A DNA stretch of 64,000 nucleotides from an uncultured delta proteobacterium. GTDB taxonomy: Bacteria; Desulfobacterota; Binatia; Bin18. Below are positions 1-10,300 of the stretch, in pieces. The first letter of the stretch is position 1. Every line of letters starts with the position of its first letter. The position numbers and the translations under genes were made by a program. The stretch lies in assembly GCA_963733195.1 (NCBI GenBank), contig CAVTCR010000056.1, positions 128,001 through 192,000 of the forward strand. Direction: 5' to 3'. The notes below the pieces were generated by a model that worked only from the letters and a program-made list of their open reading frames with translations, was not told the origin of the DNA and made no database searches.

Positions 1-115
1 TTTGCGAGAACACGGTTGAGTTCAGATGCAAAAAACTGCACGAGAATCATATCGAAGAGGTGTCCATCCCACTGGGTGCCAGTGGGGTTTGCTCTGGGCG
101 CTTTGATCGTTGCTC

Positions 116-892
116 TTACGTGGCTTGTGTCCATACACCCTTATATTGATCCCGCGCTTTGACTCTACGCCAATCTGTGAAAGAGTGATGGACCCCACAC
201 GCGAGGCACCGAGGCGAAGAGAACGCCTCCATGATCTTTCCGCTCTTTTGATAATACTTTGCTGCCATCCCACCAAATTTACTTTCGAGCGCAACACATT
301 GTGAGAGATAAGTGGTAAGTAAGGTGATCGCTGCAGAGAGCGCTGGACAGGAGGGGCCTAACCAGCGTTGGCGCTCTTGATTCTCTCTCACAATCTTTGA
401 GGCTTTGTACAAGCGATCACGTAAGTCCTTTCGTGCCGCCCGCGACCATTTTTTCTTGCACAACAGCCGTAGTGCAGTCACTCTACGCTGTAGCGCTGCG
501 ATGGGAGGGCCTACGTGAGACAGTGCTCGTGCCAAGAGAGGGGGCACGGAGCAAAAGTAGAGGGTGGCATACACGGCATTCCTCTCAACTTTCTGAAAAG
601 TCATAGTGAGGCGGGCCATGTGCGGATTCGAACTTGACTGTTCTAGTGGCGGAAGGAGAGATTCAACCTTCCTCCATCGTTCTGCGACCTCGGCCGCACC
701 ACGGAGAAGAGCAGTTTCGTACTGCTGGTGTGCTGCTTCTGCACTCATCTTTTCTATAGCTTCGTCAGGGCGCTCTAGCCCTTGGCGGGTTGGGTCTTCA
801 GGCGATGCTTCTAGAAGCTTTTGGAGACTAGGAACGTCTTTGAGTAAGCTCTCGGAGAAAAAAGATGCACTCTGCTCATCACCAGTAGGCAT
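116..892 (-). CDS. hypothetical protein (helical, Arg/Leu-rich); boundaries uncertain
   Basis: 258-aa ORF, the longest in the region. No recognisable motif; neighbouring frames may be frameshifted parts of the same gene. Confidence 0.4.
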   Translation of the reverse strand: MPTGDEQSASFFSESLLKDVPSLQKLLEASPEDPTRQGLERPDEAIEKMSAEAAHQQYETALLRGAAEVAERWRKVESLLPPLEQSSSNPHMARLTMTFQKVERNAVYATLYFCSVPPLLARALSHVGPPIAALQRRVTALRLLCKKKWSRAARKDLRDRLYKASKIVRENQERQRWLGPSCPALSAAITLLTTYLSQCVALESKFGGMAAKYYQKSGKIMEAFSSPRCLACGVHHSFTDWRRVKARDQYKGVWTQAT

Positions 893-1292
893 TTGCTTTT
901 TTCGCGTCCGTGTTCGATGGGGAAGGAAGTTTTGGGGGAGGTGCTCAGTGCTTTCGTGTGCGCCACTACCTGCGCTTCTTCAGGTTGCTCCTGCTTGTAG
1001 AGAAGAGGGAAGGCGAGGCAGGAGAGACACCCGCTATGTCAGCTACGATGATCAGCTGTAGCCTATCCCCTTCAGATCGAGGTCAGTGTATGCCTACGTT
1101 CGCTTCCCGTCTACCTCCGTGTCAATGTCACAACCTGTGCGTTTACGTCTGGGTTGTGTGTCGTGCGTCACGATGCGCGATTTTGCGCAGGGAAGGTGTG
1201 GAAGTATGAAGAATATCACGGGCTGTGGTCACCTGGGATATGTCGTACCGGCTTGAGGAGTGGCCGATCTGATCGTTCTCTCACAAAGTTGG

Positions 1293-2834
1293 TCACGCTT
1301 CTAAGCGGATGCCGGTGCCGAGTTCCTCTCCGGCATACTGCTCGACGAGTCCATTGAGGGCCTGCCCGACTTCATGGAGGCGCTGCGCAGCTTTTTCGAT
1401 TTGTCGCATACCTTCGACGTTCTGCGAAGCCGCCTGTTTGACACTTCCCATTGCTTGGACAACTTGATCCATGCCCACAAGTTGCTCCTGGTTCGACAGC
1501 GCGATATGAGTCACTGACTGTGCTGTTCTAGCGATACTCTGCGAGAGTTCCTTAATCGACTGATGAGCCTCAATAGAGCGAGCGACCCCAGTTTCGATCG
1601 CATGCGTGCCCTGTTCAGTAACTAAAACGGCGGCGTGGGTAGCATGCTGGATTTCTTGGAGGATCTCTTTGACCTGAGCGGTCGCCCGCTTCGATTGCTG
1701 AGCAAGGTTCTTAACTTCGTGGGCCACAATGGCGAAGCCTTTCCCGTGTTCTCCGGCTTTGGCGGCTTCGATAGCAGCGTTCACAGCCAGCAGGTTCGAT
1801 TGCTCTGCCAACTCATTGACGGATTCGACAATCGTGCCGATGGCGTGGCTGTGTTCTCCGAGTGTGATGACGCTTTGAGCAATTGATGTAATTTGCTGAT
1901 TGGCCTGTTGGAGTCCAGAAAGTGCGGCATCAGTTGCGTGCTCGCCAGTTTTGGAAACTGAGGCTGCCTGCTGCGCCTCTGAGGACACCTCCTTCGCCCT
2001 TTGTCCGGCGATATAGGTTGTCTGTTTCACTTCTTCGATAGTCGTGGCAGTCTGGGTGACTGCGGCGGCTGTCTGTGAGGTACTAGCGAGCAGTTGTGCC
2101 AAAGAGCGCATGATTTGACTTGTCGATTCAGTAAGAATTTGCATTCCTGTATGAAGCTGTTCCTCAGCCAGCCTCCGTTCGCTGACCTTTCGCATGAGAT
2201 CTGTATTCAGGAGGTCAGTTTTTCGCTTTTCATCACGTAAAGAAAAGTGTAACTCTGAGGAGAAGATGATCGCCTGATTGAAAGTTTTTGCCGTCCGCAA
2301 GGTGAGGAGGACGAAGAGTCCGGTAAGGAGCGCGAGCCAAGCTGAAGAGGTACTGGATTGCCAAAGTAACACGAGTATGAGGGCAATGGGTGTAGGAATA
2401 ACCGCGAGCCAAATTGCTGGCAAAATCGTTGAGAAGGTCGCGGCCGCCGTTCTGCCGATAATGATGACGATCACGAAAGTGCGGTCGTCGCCTGAAAGGA
2501 ATGGTAAGAACAACAAGGGGACCAGCAGCCACACGAGCCCAATACTGATTGCTGCTCCCATACCCAGTCGATACCAAGACTGAAGATGCGCATCCTGATC
2601 ACTGTCCTGTTGGTAGCGATTTGCCAAGATAAGCCAGGTCGCTGCAGCTGTAAAAGCAAAAGCCAGCCAACTAAAGAAAACCCAGTGCGGGAGGAGGTCC
2701 CAAAGTGCTATTGCCATGAGGAATGCAACAATAATGAGGGAAATGTTCGAGACTTTGGCGTTGGCAAACAACAGTTTCACCTGTTCAGCGAGTACATAGT
2801 TTTCGCTTGAATGGATAGGCGTTGTATTGTTCAC
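1293..2834 (-). CDS. methyl-accepting chemotaxis protein with multi-pass (about 5-6 TM) integral-membrane sensor domain, WspA-like signalling domain
   Basis: MCP hairpin signature [38 protein letters not shown]-terminal ~190 aa is a series of hydrophobic helices. GTG start with AGAGG RBS. Confidence 0.93.
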   Translation of the reverse strand: MNNTTPIHSSENYVLAEQVKLLFANAKVSNISLIIVAFLMAIALWDLLPHWVFFSWLAFAFTAAATWLILANRYQQDSDQDAHLQSWYRLGMGAAISIGLVWLLVPLLFLPFLSGDDRTFVIVIIIGRTAAATFSTILPAIWLAVIPTPIALILVLLWQSSTSSAWLALLTGLFVLLTLRTAKTFNQAIIFSSELHFSLRDEKRKTDLLNTDLMRKVSERRLAEEQLHTGMQILTESTSQIMRSLAQLLASTSQTAAAVTQTATTIEEVKQTTYIAGQRAKEVSSEAQQAASVSKTGEHATDAALSGLQQANQQITSIAQSVITLGEHSHAIGTIVESVNELAEQSNLLAVNAAIEAAKAGEHGKGFAIVAHEVKNLAQQSKRATAQVKEILQEIQHATHAAVLVTEQGTHAIETGVARSIEAHQSIKELSQSIARTAQSVTHIALSNQEQLVGMDQVVQAMGSVKQAASQNVEGMRQIEKAAQRLHEVGQALNGLVEQYAGEELGTGIRLEA

Positions 2835-3371
2835 AGCATGAACCTCTTATAAGGAGACCGATGGAGAAAGAGCGGATGCCTCACGCGCCTGTGGTTACCG
2901 AAACTGCATGATCATTCGAGAGTAAATATCCAATATGCGACCCGACAATCACCCCACTGGCTATATAATACAGAAGATCGGGTAATCTGGATGACATCTT
3001 TACGTTTCCAGTCAAGATCACTTCACGTGATATTTTATCCTCTACAGAGTCGGTACAGCTATTCTCGGGTCGGGACGATTGGGTCACACATAGGGTATGC
3101 TTTCGTATGCAACTCTACCCGGCGCAAAGAAGTCCGACAGAACGATCAGATCAAGCCTAGCGAATTTCCTACTCCCCAGGTTATCTATCGGCGCATCCCT
3201 ATAGAGATTTAGTAGAGCTGAGGAAGAGAACAGAGTGCAGATGATGGCAACAAAGCGAGCGACCAACGAAAAATTTCTTAATGAAAGAGTTGGCGACCTG
3301 TTCGAGGTAGCAAGTGCTCCGAGGAAAACTGAAACGGGTAATCCATTGGCTACTGGCGAGTGAAACCGACT

Positions 3372-5477
3372 CTAAGCCGCAGCATGTAGCCGAAAGTCAG
3401 TTAACTGGGCCCGTAAGCGTGTAAGCTGCTCTTCGAGGTCGGTCAGCAGCAGGGGAGCAAGAGAGAGGTCTCCATGACGGCCCGTGAGTTCAAGACGGGA
3501 CGTGGTGTCGATGGCTGCGATGGCAGCGAAATTACCTAATGCGCCCTTTAATGCATTCGCACTATACGCTAATGCTTGACCATCTTGTCGTGTAATCGCC
3601 TCGTGCATCTGTCTGAGTGCCTTTGGATACTCTTCAAAAAAAAGCACAGTCATTTCATCGAACAACTCAGTATCGCCTTCAATACGAGCCAAGGCTTCGT
3701 GCAGATTTACCTCCATAGCCTCTTTATTTTTTGTCGGTGATATTGCAAGAGATAGTTGCTGTCCCCCTTTAGAAAGACTGCACCCGTCAATCGTTATCTT
3801 GAGACTTTCTGAGAGCAACGGTTTGCTCACAACGGCATCCATGCCTGCTGCAAGGCACTGAGCACGTCCGTCATCGCTCTGTGATTGGAGCACTCCGATC
3901 AACGGAGTATACACCCCTTCTTGCTGGTCGTGCTGACGAATCTGAATTGCGGCGGCGATTCCATCAATCCCGGGCATTTGTGTGGGGAGCAGCACGGCGG
4001 CATAGGGAAGGCGAGCATTCGCCTCTATGGCTTCACGCGCAGTTATGGCAACGTCAGCACGGTATCCTAATTCTTCAACGAGATGCACGGCATGTTTTTG
4101 GTCAGGGAGGTTACTATCAACAATCAGGATACGCGCCCGCCCACGCGTTCGTGCTTCTGCCAATGTATAGCGGGTGACTAGTGGTAAGTCGGGAGCGAGG
4201 GGCTGCGGTGGTTGTCCAAGAACTGAGGTCAGACACTCGAAAAGGAGAGGCGAGGAGACTGGGTACGTTAGGTATGCATCAAAACCGGCTTGACGGATCT
4301 GGCGTGCATCGCCTTTTTTCCCGCTTGTGGAGATGAAGACGAGACGCAGCGTCGCGAGCGCCTCGGTCGCACGAACACGCGCAGCAAGTTCCAGCGCGTC
4401 GGCCTCAAGTTCCTGACAGTGTATAAGAACGATATCGTAGGCTTGGTTTTCCTGGACGGCTGTTGTCAGTATCGACCAGGCTTGAGGGTAACGAAAGACG
4501 GAGCGGCTTGTCAGTCCCCATATGAAGGTATCTTCATCTGAGAGAGAGAAATCGCTGCTGACAAGGAGTAAACGGACTCCCGAGAGACTCGTACGGGGAG
4601 GCGAATCAGAAAACACCTTAGAAGGTTGCTTCTCTAGCATCAATGTGAACCAAATCGTTGTGCCGACATCTGGTGTTCTCTCGACTTCCAATTGTCCGCC
4701 GAAGGTTTTGACTAACTGTTTGCTGATCGCAATGCCATCCGCATGTTGGTCGTAGGGGGAGGAATATCCCCTATTTTCTGTCGTCGGCAGCTCCTGAGGA
4801 GATACTCCAGCGGGAAGAGTCGTCGAATTCAGGGTAGAGACAGAGAAGCGAAAAGTAGCATGGGTTGACGTTTGCTGCACGAGCATGCCACGTATCGTAA
4901 TCTCACCATGAGTGATAGTCGACATCGCATAGTCGATGAGATTTATTAAGATAAGTCGGATATCACCGGGATCGCCACGAAACGGCGTCGGACTGTCGGC
5001 AGAAAAGAGGCAGGAAAGTTCAATCTTTCTTTCCTTCGCGATGGTCGTGAAACGAGAAACGGTCTCTTCGACGGTTGTGCGCAAATTGAAATCGATTGGT
5101 TGAGAGGCAGCTAAATCAAAGGTGTAGAAATCTGCGAGCCGACGTTCAGGGGCAGTAGGAAGTGGAGGCTGTATGGAAGGCTCGTGGGGCGCGGTGACCT
5201 GGCGCTGCTGGATTGTCGGGCGTGGTGACGCAGGAGTACTGCGTGTGAATATTTCTTTTTGCCGAGAGCTGCGTTGAAACCTCAAAGCAAATCGAAAGCT
5301 TCCAATGAAGAGAGCTGAAAGAAGGGCGAGGCTGGGGAGGAGTGCTATATCGGTAACGTAAAGGCCCACAGTAACTATGAGAATCAGGAGAAAAAGCGAA
5401 AGTATCATAAGCAAAGACCGGGATGTTGGGACAGGTATGGGGGATTGTTCGACGGGAAATCTTTCTTTACTGGGCAT
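3372..5477 (-). CDS. degenerate (pseudo) hybrid histidine kinase: 2 TM - HATPase-like - pseudo-REC - pseudo-REC - pseudo-Hpt
   Basis: Collinear with the 7338-10859 kinase (FRGDPGDIRLILINL, GTTIWFTL, AGFDAYLT, VTRYTLAEA, EALARIEGD), but H-box absent and N, G1, G2 boxes, both receiver Asp and the Hpt His replaced. Start placed at ATG 5477; the ORF-track start 5633 overlaps the upstream gene. Confidence 0.85.
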   Translation of the reverse strand: MPSKERFPVEQSPIPVPTSRSLLMILSLFLLILIVTVGLYVTDIALLPSLALLSALFIGSFRFALRFQRSSRQKEIFTRSTPASPRPTIQQRQVTAPHEPSIQPPLPTAPERRLADFYTFDLAASQPIDFNLRTTVEETVSRFTTIAKERKIELSCLFSADSPTPFRGDPGDIRLILINLIDYAMSTITHGEITIRGMLVQQTSTHATFRFSVSTLNSTTLPAGVSPQELPTTENRGYSSPYDQHADGIAISKQLVKTFGGQLEVERTPDVGTTIWFTLMLEKQPSKVFSDSPPRTSLSGVRLLLVSSDFSLSDEDTFIWGLTSRSVFRYPQAWSILTTAVQENQAYDIVLIHCQELEADALELAARVRATEALATLRLVFISTSGKKGDARQIRQAGFDAYLTYPVSSPLLFECLTSVLGQPPQPLAPDLPLVTRYTLAEARTRGRARILIVDSNLPDQKHAVHLVEELGYRADVAITAREAIEANARLPYAAVLLPTQMPGIDGIAAAIQIRQHDQQEGVYTPLIGVLQSQSDDGRAQCLAAGMDAVVSKPLLSESLKITIDGCSLSKGGQQLSLAISPTKNKEAMEVNLHEALARIEGDTELFDEMTVLFFEEYPKALRQMHEAITRQDGQALAYSANALKGALGNFAAIAAIDTTSRLELTGRHGDLSLAPLLLTDLEEQLTRLRAQLTDFRLHAAA

Positions 5478-5520
5478 GGTTGAGAAACCTCTTATTAGCA
5501 TAAACGGAGGTTTGTGATCC

Positions 5521-7155
5521 TTATGCTGCTGCCTCCATTTTGAGCGTAGTGAGAAGTGGCGCGAGGCGTGCAAGTTCTGCCTCGAGTTCGGCGAGGGCGG
5601 TTTTTGCTTGTGTGAGGTTCCCTTGACGCCCAATTTTTTCCAACTTCAATGCAGCTTCGAATACGCTCGAGGCAGCAAAATTTGCGACTGACCCTTTCAG
5701 GGTGTGTACGGCGTAGGTGAGAGTTTGGGCGTTCCCGTGCGAAAGCGCGTCTTGCATCGTGACCAACAGGAGAGGGTATTCATCAAGGAATACACCGGCC
5801 ATCTCGCTCAATAACTCGCGATCACCATCAACACGATTGAGGGCTTCGTCGAGGTTCAACATGTGCTGAGATGAAGCGCTCCCAAGCTGCAGAGGCAGTG
5901 GGATCAAGGATCCTTGCGCTGACATTGCAGGAAAAGGTACCACTTTCGTCTGTTGCTCTTCTTTTTTTGAAGGGTCTTTTGCGATGGCAAATTGGGATGG
6001 GGCTGCAAAGGACTCAGATTGTTCGAGCAGAGAAGCCGAGGAGGAATACGCTAGAGAGTCATTACTCGCCACATCCGCAAATTGAAACTGAATAGCCGGA
6101 GAGGCAACACCTTGCAGTTCTGGTGTGGTCAGAGATGGCGACATAGAGATACTGACTGCAGATGGCGTAGATGAGGGTATGTCCTGAAATGCTGGAGAGG
6201 TCGGGACGTGATTCTCCAGGTTCTCTGTAGAGAAGGGCACAGAGGACGTGGAGGTCGTCTGCGAGAGTGGTGAGTATCCTGCCGGATAGTGCGTCGTAGC
6301 ATTATTTTCTGATTGAGGGGTCGATTGCATCCACGGAAGCACCGCCGTGTCCGTCGTTCCTGGCATGGTCCCTGGAATCGTGCTGGTTTCCAATCGTGAG
6401 GGAGTGGTCTGCGTGGCGATTCCCATTTTTTTCAGCGCTGCCCGCTTGGTCGTATCGCGGTAGACGCCTTGAAACCCAATGGGTACTCCATTTTTGTCGG
6501 TAATGGCACGCGTACGTGCTTCAATGGGTATCGCCGTGCCATTATGATGGAGTAGTTCGAATTCAAAGAGTGAAGGCATCTTTTCGCCGCCTTGAAAGCG
6601 GCGAATACGATCTTCGATGAGCGCGAGGGAAGAGATAGGAAGTATCGTACTATAGTGCTTACCGACGATCTCTTCTCGAATCTTTCCAAGCATAAGTTCG
6701 AATCCACGATTGACGCTGGTCAACGTCCCATCCAGAGAAATTGTAGCGATTCCATCGTTCGTATTTTCTACAAGCGTACGGTAAAATTCTTCGCTTGCCC
6801 GCAACGTTTCTTCGATCCGTCGTTGCTTGGCGAGTTCGGCTTTGAGCTCCATTACTACTTGTGTGAGCTTGGTCGCGCTCGCCTCGCCTTGTGCATTTGG
6901 GCGAACGGATGTGGAGAGTCGTTTTGCTCGCGCAATTATTTGTCCGAGAAAAAGGATGAGAAGTGGAATACTATCGATAAACCAGTGCAACGGTTGTGTC
7001 GTTTGTACTGCAAGGATGCTCGAGAATGAGAACGGCAGCCCATGCCGCAGGAGGTCAAGAACTGTTGCACCAATCGGTAAGCAACACCCGATTATCAGTA
7101 ACAGTGCGGTAGATTGATCGGCTGAAAACTTTGCCCGAATGGAAGATTTGTCCAT
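5521..7155 (-). CDS. membrane protein: 2 TM - PAS - long Ser/Thr/Pro linker - Hpt (no kinase domain)
   Basis: PAS (YRTLVENTNDGI...VNRGFELMLG...QGVYRDTT); C-terminal Hpt YAVHTLKGSVANF with His intact. Confidence 0.88.
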   Translation of the reverse strand: MDKSSIRAKFSADQSTALLLIIGCCLPIGATVLDLLRHGLPFSFSSILAVQTTQPLHWFIDSIPLLILFLGQIIARAKRLSTSVRPNAQGEASATKLTQVVMELKAELAKQRRIEETLRASEEFYRTLVENTNDGIATISLDGTLTSVNRGFELMLGKIREEIVGKHYSTILPISSLALIEDRIRRFQGGEKMPSLFEFELLHHNGTAIPIEARTRAITDKNGVPIGFQGVYRDTTKRAALKKMGIATQTTPSRLETSTIPGTMPGTTDTAVLPWMQSTPQSENNATTHYPAGYSPLSQTTSTSSVPFSTENLENHVPTSPAFQDIPSSTPSAVSISMSPSLTTPELQGVASPAIQFQFADVASNDSLAYSSSASLLEQSESFAAPSQFAIAKDPSKKEEQQTKVVPFPAMSAQGSLIPLPLQLGSASSQHMLNLDEALNRVDGDRELLSEMAGVFLDEYPLLLVTMQDALSHGNAQTLTYAVHTLKGSVANFAASSVFEAALKLEKIGRQGNLTQAKTALAELEAELARLAPLLTTLKMEAAA

Positions 7156-7337
7156 GAGAGCCTCGATATCTAGTGAAAGGGATACATCTGCTCACCGTCA
7201 TTCACGAAAACTATCGGGAAATCGGGAAAAACATTTACCCGAAAAAACCAGGTCGACGAAGCGGACCGAAGATCCTGGCATTGTATCTATTCCGACGACC
7301 TTCATGCTGCGTCTTAAGTAACAAGCAGTTCGACTGT

Positions 7338-10300
7338 TTACGCGAGTACCTCAGTCGTCAGTTTGCCCAAGGCGGGTGTCAGTCGCGAGAGTGCGGCTTC
7401 CAAATGGACAAGCGCATCAGAGGCCTGAGTTAAATCGCCATAGCGACCTATGCGTTCAAGGGTAAATGCTGCTTCAAATGCGTCACTGGCAGCGAAATTA
7501 CCAACTGATCCCTTCAGGGTGTGGGCTGCATATGATAGGGAGGACGAGTCTTTCTTGCTAATCGCCTCCTGGATTTGTGCTAAGAAACGAGGGTATTCTT
7601 CGAGAAACAGGGCTGCCATCTCGCCGAGCAGTTCTTTGTCTCCGTCAACTCTGGCTAACGCCTCCTGCGCATCAAATGCCTCTTTTACCTTTACTGGAAC
7701 GAGAGTTGTGACCGGAGGTGGACTTTCTAAACGAGGTGCCGATGCTTTTTGCAACCACCGGTCTAACGCAGCCTTAAGTTCTTCAGACCGGACGGGTTTC
7801 GATACATAGTCATCCATGCCTGCCGCGAGACAGCGCTCTCGATCCCCCTTCATGGCATGGGCGGTGACGGCGATGACTGGGGTATGGATTCCGTCTTGCA
7901 CATCACGCTTGCGGATCTCAGCAGTTGCTTCAAAGCCGTCCATTTCCGGCATTTGACAGTCCATCAATACGATGCTGTAGCCGAGTTGAGACATGGCTTC
8001 GACTGCCTCGATCCCGTTGGCGGCAACGTCGGCCTGATGACCGAGTTTTTCTAGCAGGCGAACGATGAGTTTCTGGTTGACCGGGTTATCCTCAGCGACC
8101 AAAAGCCGCGGTGTTTTAGGAACCGAGGGGGGTGTCGCAACGACATCTACAGGTACTTGTACGGGGTCTACTGAATTGGGCCGGATACCTTCTTGATCCT
8201 GTACATTCACTACAGGTACTAGAGAGGGGCGGAGCGCGACCTCTGACGAAGGGGAAACCAGCACGGTGGGTGGCCGTTTTTCTGCGGGCTTCTGTGGCAA
8301 AGCAGGAGCCTTAACCACTGAGACCTCTTGTGTGCGAGGAAGAAATCGATTGAGGGAGACCTTCAAATCATCAGACTTTACGGGTTTCGTGATGTAGTCG
8401 TCCATGCCTGCGGCGAGACAACGCTCTCGGTCTCCCTTCATCGCATGGGCAGTGACGGCGATGACAGGTGTATGCTGCCCTTTCTCGCTATCACGTTTGC
8501 GAATCACGGCAGTTGCTTCAAACCCATCCATTTCTGGCATTTGACAGTCCATTAAGACCGCTGCGTAAGAGACCCGAGAGAGCGCATCGATGGCTTCCAA
8601 TCCATTCGCCGCAACATCGGCACGGTAGTCCATTTTCTCAAGAAGCCGAGCGATCAGCTTTTGATTTACCGGATTGTCTTCAGCGACCAGAATTCGCGGT
8701 CGCGTTTGATGCTGTGCCTCCGCGAGGGTATGCCGCGTCACCAATACGGGCCGAGCAACTTCTTGCGGCTTTGCCGGTTGTCCCAGCACGGTGCGTAGAC
8801 ACTCGTAGAGTTGTGATTGCCGCACCGGTTTTGTGAGGTACGCATCAATACCAACATCTCGTGCTCGTTCGCCATCGCCGCGCCGACCGACTGAGGTTAA
8901 GAGCACTAACCGTGTGGCGGCTAGTGCAGGATTGTTGTTAATCTCTTTAGCGAGAGAAATCCCGTCCATCTCCGGCATCTGAAAATCAAGAATAGCAAGA
9001 TCATACGCACGGTCTTCTTCAGCGGCAGTCGCGAGCATTTCGAGTGCCTGGTGTGCGTCCTTAGCGGTGTGAGGTTTCATACCCCACGATGTCAGTTGAT
9101 GGCGTAGGATCGTCCGATTGGTCTGATTATCGTCGACAATCAGTGCACGCAGGCCATTGAGGTTGGCACGAAGCGGACTCGTTGGGAGCGTATCATGGGC
9201 TTGCTTCTCGAAGGGGATCGTAAACCAGAAAGTACTTCCTTTGCTTAAGTCACTCTCAACGCCAATCTCTCCTCCCATAAGTTCCGTGAGTTTTTTGCTG
9301 ATGGCCAAACCGATGCCTGTACCGCCGTACTTGCGCGTCGATGACGCGTCAACCTGAGAGAACGTTTGGAACAACCGATCCATACGCTCCGGTGGAATGC
9401 CGATCCCGGTATCAGAGATCGCAAACTTGACGATAGCATGCGTAGCGGTCTGACTGATGAGCATGACACGGAGGACAATTTCACCGTGTTCAGTGAACTT
9501 CAGGGCATTGCCGACCAAGTTATTCAAGACTTGACGAATACGTCCAGGGTCGCCTCGCAGGGCGGAGGGGACATCGTGATAAATGAGACACGCAAGTTCC
9601 AGCTTTTTATCGTCAGCCTGTGTGGCAAACAGGTCGACGACTTCTTCAACTGTAGGATGCAAGTCAAAGTCGATCACCTCGAGGTCGAGTTTGCCCCCTT
9701 CGATTTTCGAGAAATCGAGAATCTCGTTGATAATACTTAACAAGGATTCTGCGCAGCCTTTGACGGTTTCGGCATGCTCGCGTTGCTCCGGCATGAGTTT
9801 GGAGTCGAGCAACAGTCCGGTCATGCCCAAGATGCCGTTCATCGGCGTACGAATTTCGTGGCTCATGTTGGCGAGGAAATCGGACTTCGCCTGATCGGCA
9901 GCTTCGGCAGCTTCTTTTGCTTTTTGCAAGGTTTCTTCTGCTCGCTTGCGCTCAGTGATGTCACGCAAGGAGGCAATGACGGCAGTCTCTCCTTCCCAGG
10001 AGGTTTCCACGCCGCGCATTTCTGCAACGAGAATGTCACCGTTCTTCCGTGGGATGACAACCTCGGAAGTTTTACCGATCGAGATGGGGAATGCCAACGG
10101 TGTATTGAGAATAGCTTCTGCTGGTCGTTCCAGCAAAGCCTCAGCGGCTGGGTTAATGAAATGTACGATGCTATCTTGATCGACCACAATGATGGCGTCA
10201 GCGTTGTGCTCAAGTAACCGGCGATGATTCGCTTCCGAGATCGCGAGTTTCCGTGTCCGTTCCCTGACGCGTTGCTCAAGCTGTTCGTTGAGCTTCTTTA

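Noticed and set aside
2925-3100. Peptide GSHIGY appears in two short opposite-strand ORFs (imperfect inverted repeat)
   Set aside because: Only about 14 of 18 nt match, the ORFs are short and lack RBS or motifs; compatible with chance.
5478-5633. N-terminal extension of the pseudokinase given by the ORF track
   Set aside because: Overlaps the Hpt-coding end of the upstream gene by over 100 bp; ATG 5477 or 5501 is more plausible.
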